DNA of 57,596 bases from Acidimicrobiia bacterium (GCA_041599115.1 JBFHXF010000001.1:1-57596); one strand, 5' to 3'; shown: positions 35,262 through 45,164, counted from the first letter of the stretch. Notes: a model not told the origin generated them from the letters alone. Numbers and translations: made by a program.

Positions 35262-37043
35262 TCACTCGATCGGTTGCAGCGCCGGTGCCAGGGGAAGTTC
35301 GATGACGAAGGTGGCGCCGCCCCCTTCGGTCTCTTCGACGCGAACCCTGCCGCGCATGACCTCCGAGAGGCTTTTCACAATCGACAAGCCCAGCCCGGTT
35401 CCCCCCCGGGACCTGGTGTCGGATTGGTCGATCTGGGTGAATCTCTCGAAGACTCGATCCCTCTGATCCTGTGGGATCCCGGGACCGTGATCGACCACCG
35501 CCATCACGGCACGATTACCACGCTCCCAGGCGAACATTTCGATAGGACTGCCCGGGGCGTACTTCGCAGCGTTCTCCACGAGGTTTATCAATATGCGTGT
35601 CAAATGATCTATATCGGCCTCCACGGTGAGGTTCGGAGGTTCGATGGTCATGGTCGGTTCTGCGGCGACGACCCGGTTGACGTCGCGGAAGACTTTTCCT
35701 ACCTCGATGTGCTCGGAGTGCACCGGGATGGCGCCGCGATCGATGCGTGACACGACGAGCAGGTCGTCGATCAGCCTCTGAAGACGACCCGCCGAGATCC
35801 GGGCGGTCGCCAGGAGCTGCTGGGCAGTGGCCTGCGCCGGCGCCAATTCGGGTCGGTTCACCGTGTCCAGCGATCCGATGATCGAAGTTAGGGGAGTGCG
35901 CAGCTCGTGGCTCACGGTGGAGACGAAGTCGCTCTTCATCTGAGCAACCTCTTCCAGGCGTCTCGTCATCTCCGCCTGAGCCTCGTATCGGCCGATTTGG
36001 GAGAGAACCAAACCGGCCGGGGCGGCCAGCGACCCGAGTTGCTCGAGTTGCTCCTCGCTGAATGACCCTTCGTATGGATCTCCGATGACAATCACGCCCA
36101 CCCTCAGGCTTTCCACTTTCAGCGGTGCGACCAGGGCCTGTTTCAAACCGAGCTCGCGCAGCAGCAGGTGGGCATCGGAGTCCTCGACGACTTGTCGGAC
36201 GAATATGGGCTTTGCCGCCCTGAAAGCTTGGGCGACCACTCCCGGTCCACCTACCTCGACCACGATGACCTCGGTGTCCAGCGGGTAGCCGTTGACCCAG
36301 ATCGGGCTCATCACCTCGAGCCAATGACGATCAGGGTTGTAGAGGAGAACCCCTCCGACCTGCGCATCGAGGTATTTGCAGATGGTGCCGACCAGATGAG
36401 GCACGATTTCTGCGAGGGACTCCGCCCTGGCCAGGGTGGCGCTCACCTCATAGAGACGCTCGAGGTCGCGTCGCTGTTGATCGATTTGGACCTCGCTCTC
36501 GATGGCGCGCACTGCCTCTCGCTCGAACTCGAGACCCACGATCGCAGTTGCTGCGGCCACGATCGCCATGGTCAGCAACGGCGCCACCACGTCGATGAGG
36601 GCATCTGCTTGGCCAAGGGAAAAGGCGACCGAACTTATACCGGCCCCAATGAACACGGTCATGAATGCATGTGCCCACCAGGTGAGCAGCAGACCCGAGA
36701 CCGCGGTGATCCCAAAGAGGATCGGTTCGGCAATCGGATTGAGATCGGGGATCAATGCCAGGACGCTGATGCCAACCACCAGGCTGGCCAGCCATGCGGT
36801 CGAGATCCAGGGGGCGGCGGCGGTGGTCATGAGACGCTCCCAGCGCACCGCGGCCGAGATGGTGAGCAAGGCGGCGATGGCGGCCATCGGAATCCACGAG
36901 CGAGGCTCGGTGAATACCCCGGTCCTCACTGCCTGTGCGGCGATGACGATGAGGACCACCCAGGCAATTGCCGAGGCGCGGCGCAAAAGAGACGCCCGGA
37001 AGCGCGCCATGGCTTGATGAGTCGTCGGGACTGGATGTTCCAT
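35262..37043 (-). CDS. membrane sensor histidine kinase with GAF domain
   Basis: 593 aa. About 6 N-terminal TMs, a central GAF-like region, H-box SHELRTPLTSIIG, and N/G boxes (NLVENAAKY, GTGLGLSIV). Confidence 0.85.
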   Translation of the reverse strand: MEHPVPTTHQAMARFRASLLRRASAIAWVVLIVIAAQAVRTGVFTEPRSWIPMAAIAALLTISAAVRWERLMTTAAAPWISTAWLASLVVGISVLALIPDLNPIAEPILFGITAVSGLLLTWWAHAFMTVFIGAGISSVAFSLGQADALIDVVAPLLTMAIVAAATAIVGLEFEREAVRAIESEVQIDQQRRDLERLYEVSATLARAESLAEIVPHLVGTICKYLDAQVGGVLLYNPDRHWLEVMSPIWVNGYPLDTEVIVVEVGGPGVVAQAFRAAKPIFVRQVVEDSDAHLLLRELGLKQALVAPLKVESLRVGVIVIGDPYEGSFSEEQLEQLGSLAAPAGLVLSQIGRYEAQAEMTRRLEEVAQMKSDFVSTVSHELRTPLTSIIGSLDTVNRPELAPAQATAQQLLATARISAGRLQRLIDDLLVVSRIDRGAIPVHSEHIEVGKVFRDVNRVVAAEPTMTIEPPNLTVEADIDHLTRILINLVENAAKYAPGSPIEMFAWERGNRAVMAVVDHGPGIPQDQRDRVFERFTQIDQSDTRSRGGTGLGLSIVKSLSEVMRGRVRVEETEGGGATFVIELPLAPALQPIE

Positions 37044-37110
37044 ATCGCCGGGGTTTAGCCCGTTACCTGTATTCTCGGCATTTCTTCAGCAATGATCGAG
37101 GATTGAAAGT

Positions 37111-37857
37111 TTGGCTCTGCGCGCACTTGCCGATGGATCGGTCTTCGCCGAGGTCACCGGGTCGTCGTCGCCCCGTATTCTCGCACTCCACGGCTGGGCC
37201 CGTCGTGGCAATGACTTCGGCCCGGTCCTCTCGGGGCTGGATGCCATTGCCCCCGATCTCCCCGGCTTCGGTGCCTCACCAGAACCGCCTGGCGTCATGG
37301 GCGCCGAGGGTTACGCCCGGTTGATCCGCCCGATTCTCGACGAGTTCCGCCAACCGCCGGTGGTTATCGGGCACTCGTTCGGCGGCAGGGTGGCGGTGTG
37401 CCTGGCCGAAGTCAACCCAGATCGCGTCGGGCCACTGGTTCTGACTGGCGTTCCCCTCGTGAAGATGACCCCTTCCCGAACGCCGGATCTGGGCTATCGG
37501 ATCGCGAAAGGGCTGAACCGGTTTGGGCTCTTGTCCGATGCCCGCCTCGAGAGGGAGAAGAAGAGGCGCGGGTCTTCCGACTACCGGGCCGCCGGCGGAG
37601 TGATGCGCGACATCCTCGTAACGGTCGTCAACGAGTCCTACGAGGAGCAATTGCGGGGGTTGAAGGGGCCGGTGCGCCTGGTTTGGGGTGGGCGAGACAG
37701 CGAGGTGCCTCTCGAAGTGGCCGAAGTGGCAGTCCGCATTCTCACCGACGCCGGGGTCGAAGCCGATCTGACCGTTCTCGAAGGCATCGGGCATTTGACC
37801 CCCTCGGAGGCACCCGGACACCTGCGGGCGGCGGTTCTCGAGTTCCTGCGAAGATGA
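37111..37857 (+). CDS. alpha/beta-fold hydrolase
   Basis: 248 aa (TTG start). ILALHGWARRG, nucleophile elbow GHSFGG, C-terminal GIGHL. Confidence 0.8.
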   Translation: MALRALADGSVFAEVTGSSSPRILALHGWARRGNDFGPVLSGLDAIAPDLPGFGASPEPPGVMGAEGYARLIRPILDEFRQPPVVIGHSFGGRVAVCLAEVNPDRVGPLVLTGVPLVKMTPSRTPDLGYRIAKGLNRFGLLSDARLEREKKRRGSSDYRAAGGVMRDILVTVVNESYEEQLRGLKGPVRLVWGGRDSEVPLEVAEVAVRILTDAGVEADLTVLEGIGHLTPSEAPGHLRAAVLEFLRR

Positions 37858-39347
37858 TTTGGTTGCTTGTCGCCGCATGTGTGGCCGGCTCTGTCCCGGC
37901 CGCCTTGAGGTGGCTGCGGGTGGCGCAGAGGGAGCATTACTTGGCCCCTGCGGCCACCAGGTTCGCCTGGCGATGGTGGGGGAGCAGTCGGCTGAATCGC
38001 CTGCTAGCCACAGCGATGGTCTTCGGGCTGATCGGATCCATTTGGAGCGTCTGGTTCGGGTTCTTGGTGCCGATCGCACAGATTGGACCGCGAGGTCTGT
38101 CCCTGAAGGGGAGAACATCGGCGCTCGCCTGGACCTCGAGAATGAGACGGGCCGCCCTGGCGACCGGTTCGATCATTGTGATCCTTTACCTGGTCGGCGC
38201 TCTTGTCGGCTCGACGCTGATCGTGGTCGCAGGGCTGGCAGCACTGCCCGTTGTCATCGATGGCGTGCTGTTGGCCCTTGCGCCCCTGGAGCGAAGTCTG
38301 GGGAATCCCTGGGTCGAGAAGGCCGCGGCGAGATTGCAGGCGTCCGGCGCAGAGGTGGTGGCCATAACCGGGTCCTTCGGCAAGACGAGCACCAAGGCCT
38401 ACACGGCACATCTCCTCGGCGGGGCGAGACGGGTGGTTGCCAGCCCGGCTTCATTCAACAACAGGATGGGTCTGGCACGGGCGATAAACGAGCAGTTGGT
38501 GGCGGGTACCGAGGTCTTCATCGCCGAAATGGGGACCTACCGGTCGGGGGAGATCGCCGATTTGTGCAGATGGATCCATCCCAAGGTTGCGGCAATCGTC
38601 GCAGTTGGACCGGTACATCTCGAGAGGTTCAAGACGGAGCCGCGGATTGTTGCCGCGAAGTCCGAGATCCTCGATCAGGCCGAGATCGGGGTAATCGCCA
38701 TCGACCACCCGTTGCTTGCCGAACTGGCCAGGGCCAGGTCCGACAACCTCGAATTGATCACCGCCGGCACCGATCGGGGCGAAGCACAGGTGGTAGTGCG
38801 AGATGGTGGGCTGTACCTGGCCGGCGATCGTGTCGCCGAGGTCGGCGAGGGGGTGCTCGGCGTCAACCTCGCCGTGGCGGTGGGCATATGTCTGGCGCTG
38901 GGCCTTCCGTTGGAGTCCATTGTTCCCAGGCTTGCCGACATGCCCGATGTCGAACACCGGCAAACAGTGAGGATCGGAGACGGCGGTTTCACCATCATCG
39001 ACGACACCTACAACTCGAACCCTGCCGGTGCGGCGGCAGCACTGGACAAGCTGTCCCAGATGCAGGTCGGCGGTCGTCGGGTGGTGGTGACGCCGGGAAT
39101 GGTCGAGCTCGGTCCTCGCCAGAGGACGGAGAACATTTTGTTGGCGAGTAGGGCTTCTCGGGAAGCGGACCACCTGATAATCGTTGGCGATACCAACCGT
39201 GTCGCCCTCCTCGAAGGTGCGGAAAAGGGCGTAGCCGCTATTACCGTCGTCGGCTCGCGGGAGGAGGCTGTCGACTGGGTTCGGGAAAACCTGGGGCCAG
39301 GTGACATCGTCCTCTATGAGAACGACCTGCCCGATCATTATCCATGA
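37854..39347 (+). CDS. Mur ligase family protein, MurF-like, with N-terminal ~4-TM membrane region
   Basis: ATG 37854 overlaps the hydrolase stop (ATGA). ITGSFGKTSTK P-loop, AEMGT, DDTYNSNPAGAAAAL are typical MurF. The first ~130 aa are hydrophobic instead of the usual soluble N-domain. Confidence 0.8.
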   Translation: MIWLLVAACVAGSVPAALRWLRVAQREHYLAPAATRFAWRWWGSSRLNRLLATAMVFGLIGSIWSVWFGFLVPIAQIGPRGLSLKGRTSALAWTSRMRRAALATGSIIVILYLVGALVGSTLIVVAGLAALPVVIDGVLLALAPLERSLGNPWVEKAAARLQASGAEVVAITGSFGKTSTKAYTAHLLGGARRVVASPASFNNRMGLARAINEQLVAGTEVFIAEMGTYRSGEIADLCRWIHPKVAAIVAVGPVHLERFKTEPRIVAAKSEILDQAEIGVIAIDHPLLAELARARSDNLELITAGTDRGEAQVVVRDGGLYLAGDRVAEVGEGVLGVNLAVAVGICLALGLPLESIVPRLADMPDVEHRQTVRIGDGGFTIIDDTYNSNPAGAAAALDKLSQMQVGGRRVVVTPGMVELGPRQRTENILLASRASREADHLIIVGDTNRVALLEGAEKGVAAITVVGSREEAVDWVRENLGPGDIVLYENDLPDHYP

Positions 39348-39354
39348 GGTCTCC

Positions 39355-40431
39355 ATGTCCAAGCCAGCGGTGATCTTCGGAGGACCATCCGACGAACACG
39401 ACATCTCCATCCTGACCGGGCTACAGGTTGTTCGAGCCCTGGAGGAGGTTCATCCCGTGTTCTGGTCGAAATCCGGCGACTGGTTCTTGGTCGACTCCGA
39501 TCTGGAGGCGGCCGACTTCATCGCAGGGGCTCCCCGACGATCCACGGCCCTGAGCTTCGTGGCTTCCCCGGGTCAGGGCCTGATGCTGAAAAAGAGACGA
39601 CTCGATGTCAGCGCCGTATTGATTGCCTGTCACGGCGGGCCAGGCGAGGATGGGACGCTCCAGGGTCTGCTGGATCTGGCTGGTCTCCGCTACGGCGGAC
39701 CGGGCCAGGCGGCCTCGGCCCTGGGCATGGACAAACTGGCGTTTGGCGCGGCCATGGCCGCTGCCGGGCTGCCCACTCTCCCCAGAACCCTGGTCGCGAC
39801 CGGGCATGAACCGGCTCCAGGCTTTGCCGGCCCGTTCATCCTCAAACCCCGATTTGGAGGCTCATCGATTGGCATCGAGGTGGCAGAGGATTGGGAGACG
39901 GTCCTCGCACTCAAAGGATCCTCGGGCTATTTCGACCAGGGCGCCGTGGTGGAACCTTTCCTCGGGGAGAGCCGGGATCTTCAGGTGGGCGTGCGGACGT
40001 ACCCTGTATGGCAACTCTCAGCAGTCGAGGCCCCGGTTCGTGTCGCCGGGGGCATCTACTCCTATGACCAGAAATACCTGGCTTGGGGTGGCGAGGTGAG
40101 CGGCGGCCGCGAACTCCCGGCTGCTCTGAGCCAGGAGTTGCAGTCCGGAATCGTTGCAATGGCGAGGAGGGTGACGGAGGTTGCCGGCCTGCGAGGGATC
40201 GCCCGAATCGACTTTCTCGAAAAGGGCGGCGAGCTATTCGTGAATGAGGTAAACACCATCCCGGGGTCGATGGCCGCCTACCTGTGGATCGACCCTCCGC
40301 TGACCCGCAGGCAACTCTTTGATGACGTGCTGGCTGAGGCGCAAGGCCCGCCAGTGCGCGTGTTCTCGGTCAAGGGGAGCGATGGCACCGCCCTTCGCAG
40401 CGCGGGAACCATCGCCTCCAAGCTCGGGTGA
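39355..40431 (+). CDS. ddl: D-alanine--D-alanine ligase (ATP-grasp)
   Basis: VIFGGPSDEHDISILTG, HGGPGEDGTLQGLLDLAGLRYGG, MDKLAF, EVNTIPG. Confidence 0.9.
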   Translation: MSKPAVIFGGPSDEHDISILTGLQVVRALEEVHPVFWSKSGDWFLVDSDLEAADFIAGAPRRSTALSFVASPGQGLMLKKRRLDVSAVLIACHGGPGEDGTLQGLLDLAGLRYGGPGQAASALGMDKLAFGAAMAAAGLPTLPRTLVATGHEPAPGFAGPFILKPRFGGSSIGIEVAEDWETVLALKGSSGYFDQGAVVEPFLGESRDLQVGVRTYPVWQLSAVEAPVRVAGGIYSYDQKYLAWGGEVSGGRELPAALSQELQSGIVAMARRVTEVAGLRGIARIDFLEKGGELFVNEVNTIPGSMAAYLWIDPPLTRRQLFDDVLAEAQGPPVRVFSVKGSDGTALRSAGTIASKLG

Positions 40432-40478
40432 TCGGCGGCGTCGGAGGACGGCGACGACACCAGGGGCGGCGTGATGAG

Positions 40479-40712
40479 TTAGAGGTGTACGACCGGGCAG
40501 GTAAGAGTGCGGGTGATGCCTTCGATCCCCTGGATCTTTGCCACCACCAACTTGCCAAGCGAGTCGACGTCCTCCGAGGTTGCCTTGACGATCACGTCGT
40601 AGGGGCCGGTTACATCATCCGCCGAGTCGACGCCGGGGATTTCCCTCACGGCAATTGCGACGAGGGCGGCCTTACCGACCTCGGTCTGGATCAGGACGTA
40701 CGCCTGGACCAA
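40479..40712 (-). CDS. stand-alone Lrp/AsnC-type ligand-binding (RAM) domain protein
   Basis: 77 aa. MVQAYVLIQTEVGKA...EIPGV..ADDVTGPYDVIVKA...D.LGKLV..KIQGIEGITRT. No HTH domain. Confidence 0.8.
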   Translation of the reverse strand: MVQAYVLIQTEVGKAALVAIAVREIPGVDSADDVTGPYDVIVKATSEDVDSLGKLVVAKIQGIEGITRTLTCPVVHL

Positions 40713-40818
40713 TTGTTCCTCCTGTTGCTCTAGAGGGCCGGAACCCTACACATTCTGGCCGACTCCGTGACTGGCGAATACCGGTCAACCGTCTGAGCTT
40801 GCCGAGAACGCCTGCTCT

Positions 40819-41034
40819 CTAGTACCCGTCCTGGCCCATGCGGACCGAAACGGCAAAGAGATGCCCGTCCTCTTCTACGGTCTCGAATACGAGACGTTGA
40901 CCCTGGCGAAGGGTGCGGAAGATGGATCCCTTGAGCGACCCGGCCCGCAGGAACACCTCCGATCTGTCATCCTCCCGGACGATTATGCCTACCCCGGTGA
41001 CAGGGTCATATGTCTTGACCACGCCCTGGAGCAT
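40819..41034 (-). CDS. cold-shock-domain-like small protein (degenerate RNP motifs)
   Basis: 71 aa from ATG 41034, 2 nt after the rpmB stop. MLQGVVKTYDPVTGVGIIVREDDRSEVFLRAGSLKGSIFRTLRQGQRLVFE parallels the Csp layout. Confidence 0.55.
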   Translation of the reverse strand: MLQGVVKTYDPVTGVGIIVREDDRSEVFLRAGSLKGSIFRTLRQGQRLVFETVEEDGHLFAVSVRMGQDGY

Positions 41035-41036
41035 CT

Positions 41037-41225
41037 TCAGGCCTTTTCCACCTTGCCGGCCCTTATACACGAAGTGCAGACGCGAGCGCGGCGTGTGTTT
41101 GACCCGTGCTTGACACGGATTCTCTGGATATTGGGAAGCCAACGCCTATTGGCGCGCTTGTGGGAGAAGCTGACGGTCTTGCCGTAGCTAGGTTCCTTGC
41201 CGCAGATCTCACAGCGATAAGACAT
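41037..41225 (-). CDS. rpmB: 50S ribosomal protein L28
   Basis: 62 aa from ATG 41225. [38 protein letters not shown]. Confidence 0.9.
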   Translation of the reverse strand: MSYRCEICGKEPSYGKTVSFSHKRANRRWLPNIQRIRVKHGSNTRRARVCTSCIRAGKVEKA

Positions 41226-41369
41226 GAAAAAGACTCCTGGAACGGGCCGGAAGGTTAGACGGGCCATTCGGGCCCGGCGCGAACCCGGCAAGAATAGCGG
41301 CGTTCCGGTCCAAGTCCCACTCCCGATGTACCGTGCCCGGGTGGGAATGGAGTATCACCCCGGAGGAAC

Positions 41370-43535
41370 ATGGCCGGACTCACCCGACTGACGGCGGTCT
41401 CCGTCTCCGAGGTGAGGGGTCTCGCCGGGAAGCGTGCGGAGATCCTCACCGGAGCTGGGATTGTCAACGTGGCCGACCTCCTGCATCATGTGCCCCACCG
41501 ATACATCGATCGGAGTCGAAAAGTCCCCATTGCCAGGCTTCCGCTCGGCGCCGAGGTCACGGTGATCGGTGAGGTCCAATCGGTCAGCATGCGCCGGCCG
41601 CGTCGCAACCTGGCGATAATCGAAGCCCGGATCGCCGATGAGACGGCCACGATCAAGGCGGTGTGGTTCAACCAGGTATTCCGGGAGCGTCAGCTGACCA
41701 AGGGCGCTCAGGTTGCCCTCTCCGGAGTGGTCGAGTCGTTTCGTGGCGCGCTCCAGATGAAGAGTCCGGCGGTTGATGTTCTCGACTCTCCCTCCGAGTC
41801 GCTGATCACCGGTCGAATCGTTCCCATTCACTCCTCGGTCGGCAAGGTCAGCCCCGGTCACATCCGTAGGGGAATACACAATGCCTTGTTGCGCGCCCGT
41901 CCCATCGACGACACCGTTCCAAACCGCTTGCTTCGGATGAACGATTTGTTGACACGCGATCAGGCGTTTACGGACATTCACTTTCCCGACTCGCTCGATC
42001 AGGTGGGCCCGGCCCGTCGCCGATTGGTCTATGACGAGCTTTTTCGGCTGGAGTTGGCTCTCGCACTGCAAAAACGCCGGCAGATGCTGGATGCGGTCGG
42101 CATCGTCCATGCGCCGACGGGTGAGTTGACGGGTCGTTTCATATCCGGTCTTCCCTACGAGCTGACTGCCGCGCAGAGACGAGTCCTGGGTGAGATCAAA
42201 GCCGATCTTCGCCTCCCCCATCCGATGCATCGTCTCCTCCAGGGCGAAGTCGGCTCGGGCAAGACGGTTGTGGCGGTGTCCGCTCTGTTGGCCGGCATCG
42301 AGGGTGGATGGCAGGGGGCGATCATGGCTCCGACCGAGGTTCTGGCCGAGCAGCATTTCCTCGGTGTGACCGACCTTCTAGCCGAGGCCGGGTTGTCGCC
42401 TGAGTTGCGAGGGGCCAGTTCAGATCTGGGGATGGAAAGCCTCTTCGGCAGTGACGGGCCCGCGGTTCATCTTGCATTGCTCACCGGCTCGAACGCAACC
42501 GCCAATTATCGATCCGGCATCACCCGGGCCGAGTTGCTCGAGGACATCGCCAGCGGTCAGGTCGACCTTCTGGTCGGCACCCATGCGCTGATACAGGAGG
42601 GGGTCAGCTTCGGCCGCCTCGGGGTGGCCGTGGTCGATGAACAGCATCGATTCGGCGTGGCCCAAAGGGTTCAGCTCAGAGACAAGGCAGACCAGGCCGA
42701 GCCCGACCTGCTCATCATGACTGCCACACCGATTCCCCGCACTCTCTCAATGACGCTCTACGGGGATCTCGACGTTTCGATCATCGACGAAATGCCGCCG
42801 GGAAGGACCCCGGTGAGCACCCGTCTCTTGTCTCCGCTGGAGGAGATGCAGGCCTGGGCGGTGATACGGGCCGAGGTCGAGAACGGACGACAGGCTTTTG
42901 TGGTCTGCCCGCTCGTGGAGGACAGCCCCAAGATCGAAGTTGCTTCCGCGGTAGCCGAGCAGGGAAGGCTGTCCGCTTTGTTTCACGATCTGAGGGTCGG
43001 CCTCATCCATGGGCAGCTGCGCTCTGCTGAGAAAGAGTCCGTCATGATGTCGTTTCGCAGGGGCGAGATAGATGTTCTCGTTGCCACGACCGTCATCGAG
43101 GTCGGCATCGACATTCCCAATGCAACAGTGATGGTCATAGAGGACGCGGATCGATTCGGCCTGAGCCAACTTCACCAGCTGCGGGGCAGAGTGGGCCGGG
43201 GGGAACACCCCGGTACCTGCCTGCTCATCGCCAAACCGACGACGGACGAGGGCGAGCAGCGTATTGCCGCAATGACTGCGACTACGGACGGGTTTCGACT
43301 CGCCGAGGAAGACCTTCGAATCCGGGGCCAGGGAACGGTGTTCGGCACCCGTCAATCGGGAGTCAAGGACCTGAGGCTGGCCGATGTGCTTGCCGATTTC
43401 GATCTGTTGGTGGCCGCCCGTCGGGACGCCTTCTCATTGGTGGCCGACGACCCGGGATTGCAAGGGCATCCGGAGCTACGCGATGAGGTGAGGGCGATGC
43501 TCGGCGACTCTGTCGAGTGGCTCTTCGTCAGCTGA
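41370..43535 (+). CDS. recG: ATP-dependent DNA helicase RecG
   Basis: 721 aa. Wedge/OB N-terminus, Walker A GEVGSGKT, DEQHRFG, TATPIPRTL, HGQL..AEKE, QLHQLRGRVGRG. Confidence 0.95.
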   Translation: MAGLTRLTAVSVSEVRGLAGKRAEILTGAGIVNVADLLHHVPHRYIDRSRKVPIARLPLGAEVTVIGEVQSVSMRRPRRNLAIIEARIADETATIKAVWFNQVFRERQLTKGAQVALSGVVESFRGALQMKSPAVDVLDSPSESLITGRIVPIHSSVGKVSPGHIRRGIHNALLRARPIDDTVPNRLLRMNDLLTRDQAFTDIHFPDSLDQVGPARRRLVYDELFRLELALALQKRRQMLDAVGIVHAPTGELTGRFISGLPYELTAAQRRVLGEIKADLRLPHPMHRLLQGEVGSGKTVVAVSALLAGIEGGWQGAIMAPTEVLAEQHFLGVTDLLAEAGLSPELRGASSDLGMESLFGSDGPAVHLALLTGSNATANYRSGITRAELLEDIASGQVDLLVGTHALIQEGVSFGRLGVAVVDEQHRFGVAQRVQLRDKADQAEPDLLIMTATPIPRTLSMTLYGDLDVSIIDEMPPGRTPVSTRLLSPLEEMQAWAVIRAEVENGRQAFVVCPLVEDSPKIEVASAVAEQGRLSALFHDLRVGLIHGQLRSAEKESVMMSFRRGEIDVLVATTVIEVGIDIPNATVMVIEDADRFGLSQLHQLRGRVGRGEHPGTCLLIAKPTTDEGEQRIAAMTATTDGFRLAEEDLRIRGQGTVFGTRQSGVKDLRLADVLADFDLLVAARRDAFSLVADDPGLQGHPELRDEVRAMLGDSVEWLFVS

Positions 43536-43614
43536 GCAGCCGGGTCGAATCGGGCCCGGTAACGTGGCGATGACGGGGTTGGAGCCAGGCCACCCGAGCC
43601 GGTCCCGATGACCT

Positions 43615-44163
43615 ATGAGAATCATTGCCGGGGTAGCCAAAGGCAGACGCCTGGTGGCGCCCGACACCAGAGACACCCGCCCTGTGACAGACCGGGTTCG
43701 CGAGGCCGTGTTCTCAATGGTCGGAACATGGGTGGAACAGGCGGGCGTGCTCGATCTGTATGCCGGCTCGGGAGCTTTTGGTCTCGAGGCCTTGTCCCGC
43801 GGGGCAGCCAGCGCTGTCTTCGTCGAGAATGCGTCTCAGGCGTTGTTCGCTCTGAGGCTGAATATCCGGGCCGTCGGCCTCGGTGGGGTAGTCGTGAGTA
43901 CCACGGTGCAGGATTATCTGATCCGCGCTCATGACACATTCGACCTGGTCTTCTCCGACCCTCCCTGGCTCCGCGAGCGGGCGAAGATCGAGGAGGATCT
44001 TGCTCAGATCGACCGTTTGACCTCGCCGCTGGCCGAAATCGTGATTTCACGAAGACACAGCGACCCCCAGCCGACCCCGCCCGAAAACTGGCGAGTTGCC
44101 ACCGATAGACGTTACGGAGATACAAGAATCCTCAGATACGAGAAAAAGGCTGACAGGCAATGA
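43615..44163 (+). CDS. rsmD: 16S rRNA (guanine966-N2)-methyltransferase
   Basis: MRIIAGVAKGRRLVAPDTRDTRPVTDRVREAVFSMV..LDLYAGSGAFGLEALSRGA..DPPW. Confidence 0.9.
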   Translation: MRIIAGVAKGRRLVAPDTRDTRPVTDRVREAVFSMVGTWVEQAGVLDLYAGSGAFGLEALSRGAASAVFVENASQALFALRLNIRAVGLGGVVVSTTVQDYLIRAHDTFDLVFSDPPWLRERAKIEEDLAQIDRLTSPLAEIVISRRHSDPQPTPPENWRVATDRRYGDTRILRYEKKADRQ

Positions 44164-44627
44164 CTACCGCACTTTGCCCGGGGAGTTTCGACCCTCCGAC
44201 GAACGGGCATGTCGACGTGATCGAACGGACGCTTTCCTCCTTCGACGAGGTTGTGATCGCGGTCGTGGACAATCCGGCAAAACAGACCCTGTTCAGCGTG
44301 CAGGAAAGGGTCGACCTGCTGTCAGAGTTGTTCGAGGGTCGGGCCAGAGTGGTTGCGTTTGAGGGACTTCTGGTCGACTTTGCCCGGGATGCCGGGGCCG
44401 ACGTTGTGGTAAAAGGGCTGCGCACCGTGGACGACTACGAGTTCGAACTTCAAATGGCGCAGATGAACCGGCATCTCAGCGGTATGGAGACGGTCTTCAT
44501 GGCGACCAAGTCGGAGTGGAGTTTTGTGTCATCATCTCTGATCAAAGAAGTTGCCCGTCTTGGAGGCTCGGTCGCCGGCCTGGTCCCCAATGTTGTCGAG
44601 GCTGCTCTCAAGGAGAGACTGCAGTGA
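44160..44627 (+). CDS. coaD: phosphopantetheine adenylyltransferase
   Basis: CPGSFDPPTNGHVDVIER. ATGA overlap with rsmD. Confidence 0.95.
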   Translation: MTTALCPGSFDPPTNGHVDVIERTLSSFDEVVIAVVDNPAKQTLFSVQERVDLLSELFEGRARVVAFEGLLVDFARDAGADVVVKGLRTVDDYEFELQMAQMNRHLSGMETVFMATKSEWSFVSSSLIKEVARLGGSVAGLVPNVVEAALKERLQ

Positions 44628-45163
44628 GTGAAGAAACACCGCCAACCACAAGCGAATCCGTCGATGCCGACCTGGGGCAAAGAGTCGAGGTAGGCGACCT
44701 TCAGGACATGGTCGACGATTTGATCGTCCATTTGCACGAGGCGAAGTCGGTCCCGCTGTCCGGCAATGCCATGGTGGACCGGGAGAAGTTCCTCGGACAA
44801 TTGGAGAGAGTCCGGGCGGACCTCCCGGATGAGCTTCGTGCCGCGAGGTGGATGGTCCGCGAGCGGGAGGCGTTCATAGCCCGCACCAACGAAAAGGCGA
44901 GGGAGATCATCGATCGTGCCCGCAAAGAGGCCGATGAGCTCGTTTCGGACTCGAACATCGTCGCCGAGGCGGTCGAGGAGGCCAACATCCTCGTCAGGAG
45001 AGCGGAAGGTGAGGCGAGAAGGCTGAGACTCGAGACCGAGGACGAGATCGAAAAGAAGCTGCAGCGGGTCGAGGTTCTATTGAACGAGACGATGGTGCAG
45101 GTCCAGTCGGCTCGCGACGAGCTTCATCAGGCGAGACCCAAACCTCCGGACGTCCCGATCTGA
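44624..45163 (+). CDS. coiled-coil protein (ATP synthase b / DivIVA-like), hypothetical
   Basis: GTG 44624 overlaps the coaD stop (GTGA). Charged heptad-rich sequence (REREAFIARTNEKAREIIDRARKEADELV...). Sits in the conserved position before yceD-rpmF. Confidence 0.6.
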   Translation: MSEETPPTTSESVDADLGQRVEVGDLQDMVDDLIVHLHEAKSVPLSGNAMVDREKFLGQLERVRADLPDELRAARWMVREREAFIARTNEKAREIIDRARKEADELVSDSNIVAEAVEEANILVRRAEGEARRLRLETEDEIEKKLQRVEVLLNETMVQVQSARDELHQARPKPPDVPI

Positions 45164-45164
45164 G

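Noticed and set aside
43541-43562. CCGGG-N10-CCCGG hairpin just after the recG stop as an intrinsic terminator
   Set aside because: It has only 5 bp with a large loop and no U-tract, so it is too weak to call.
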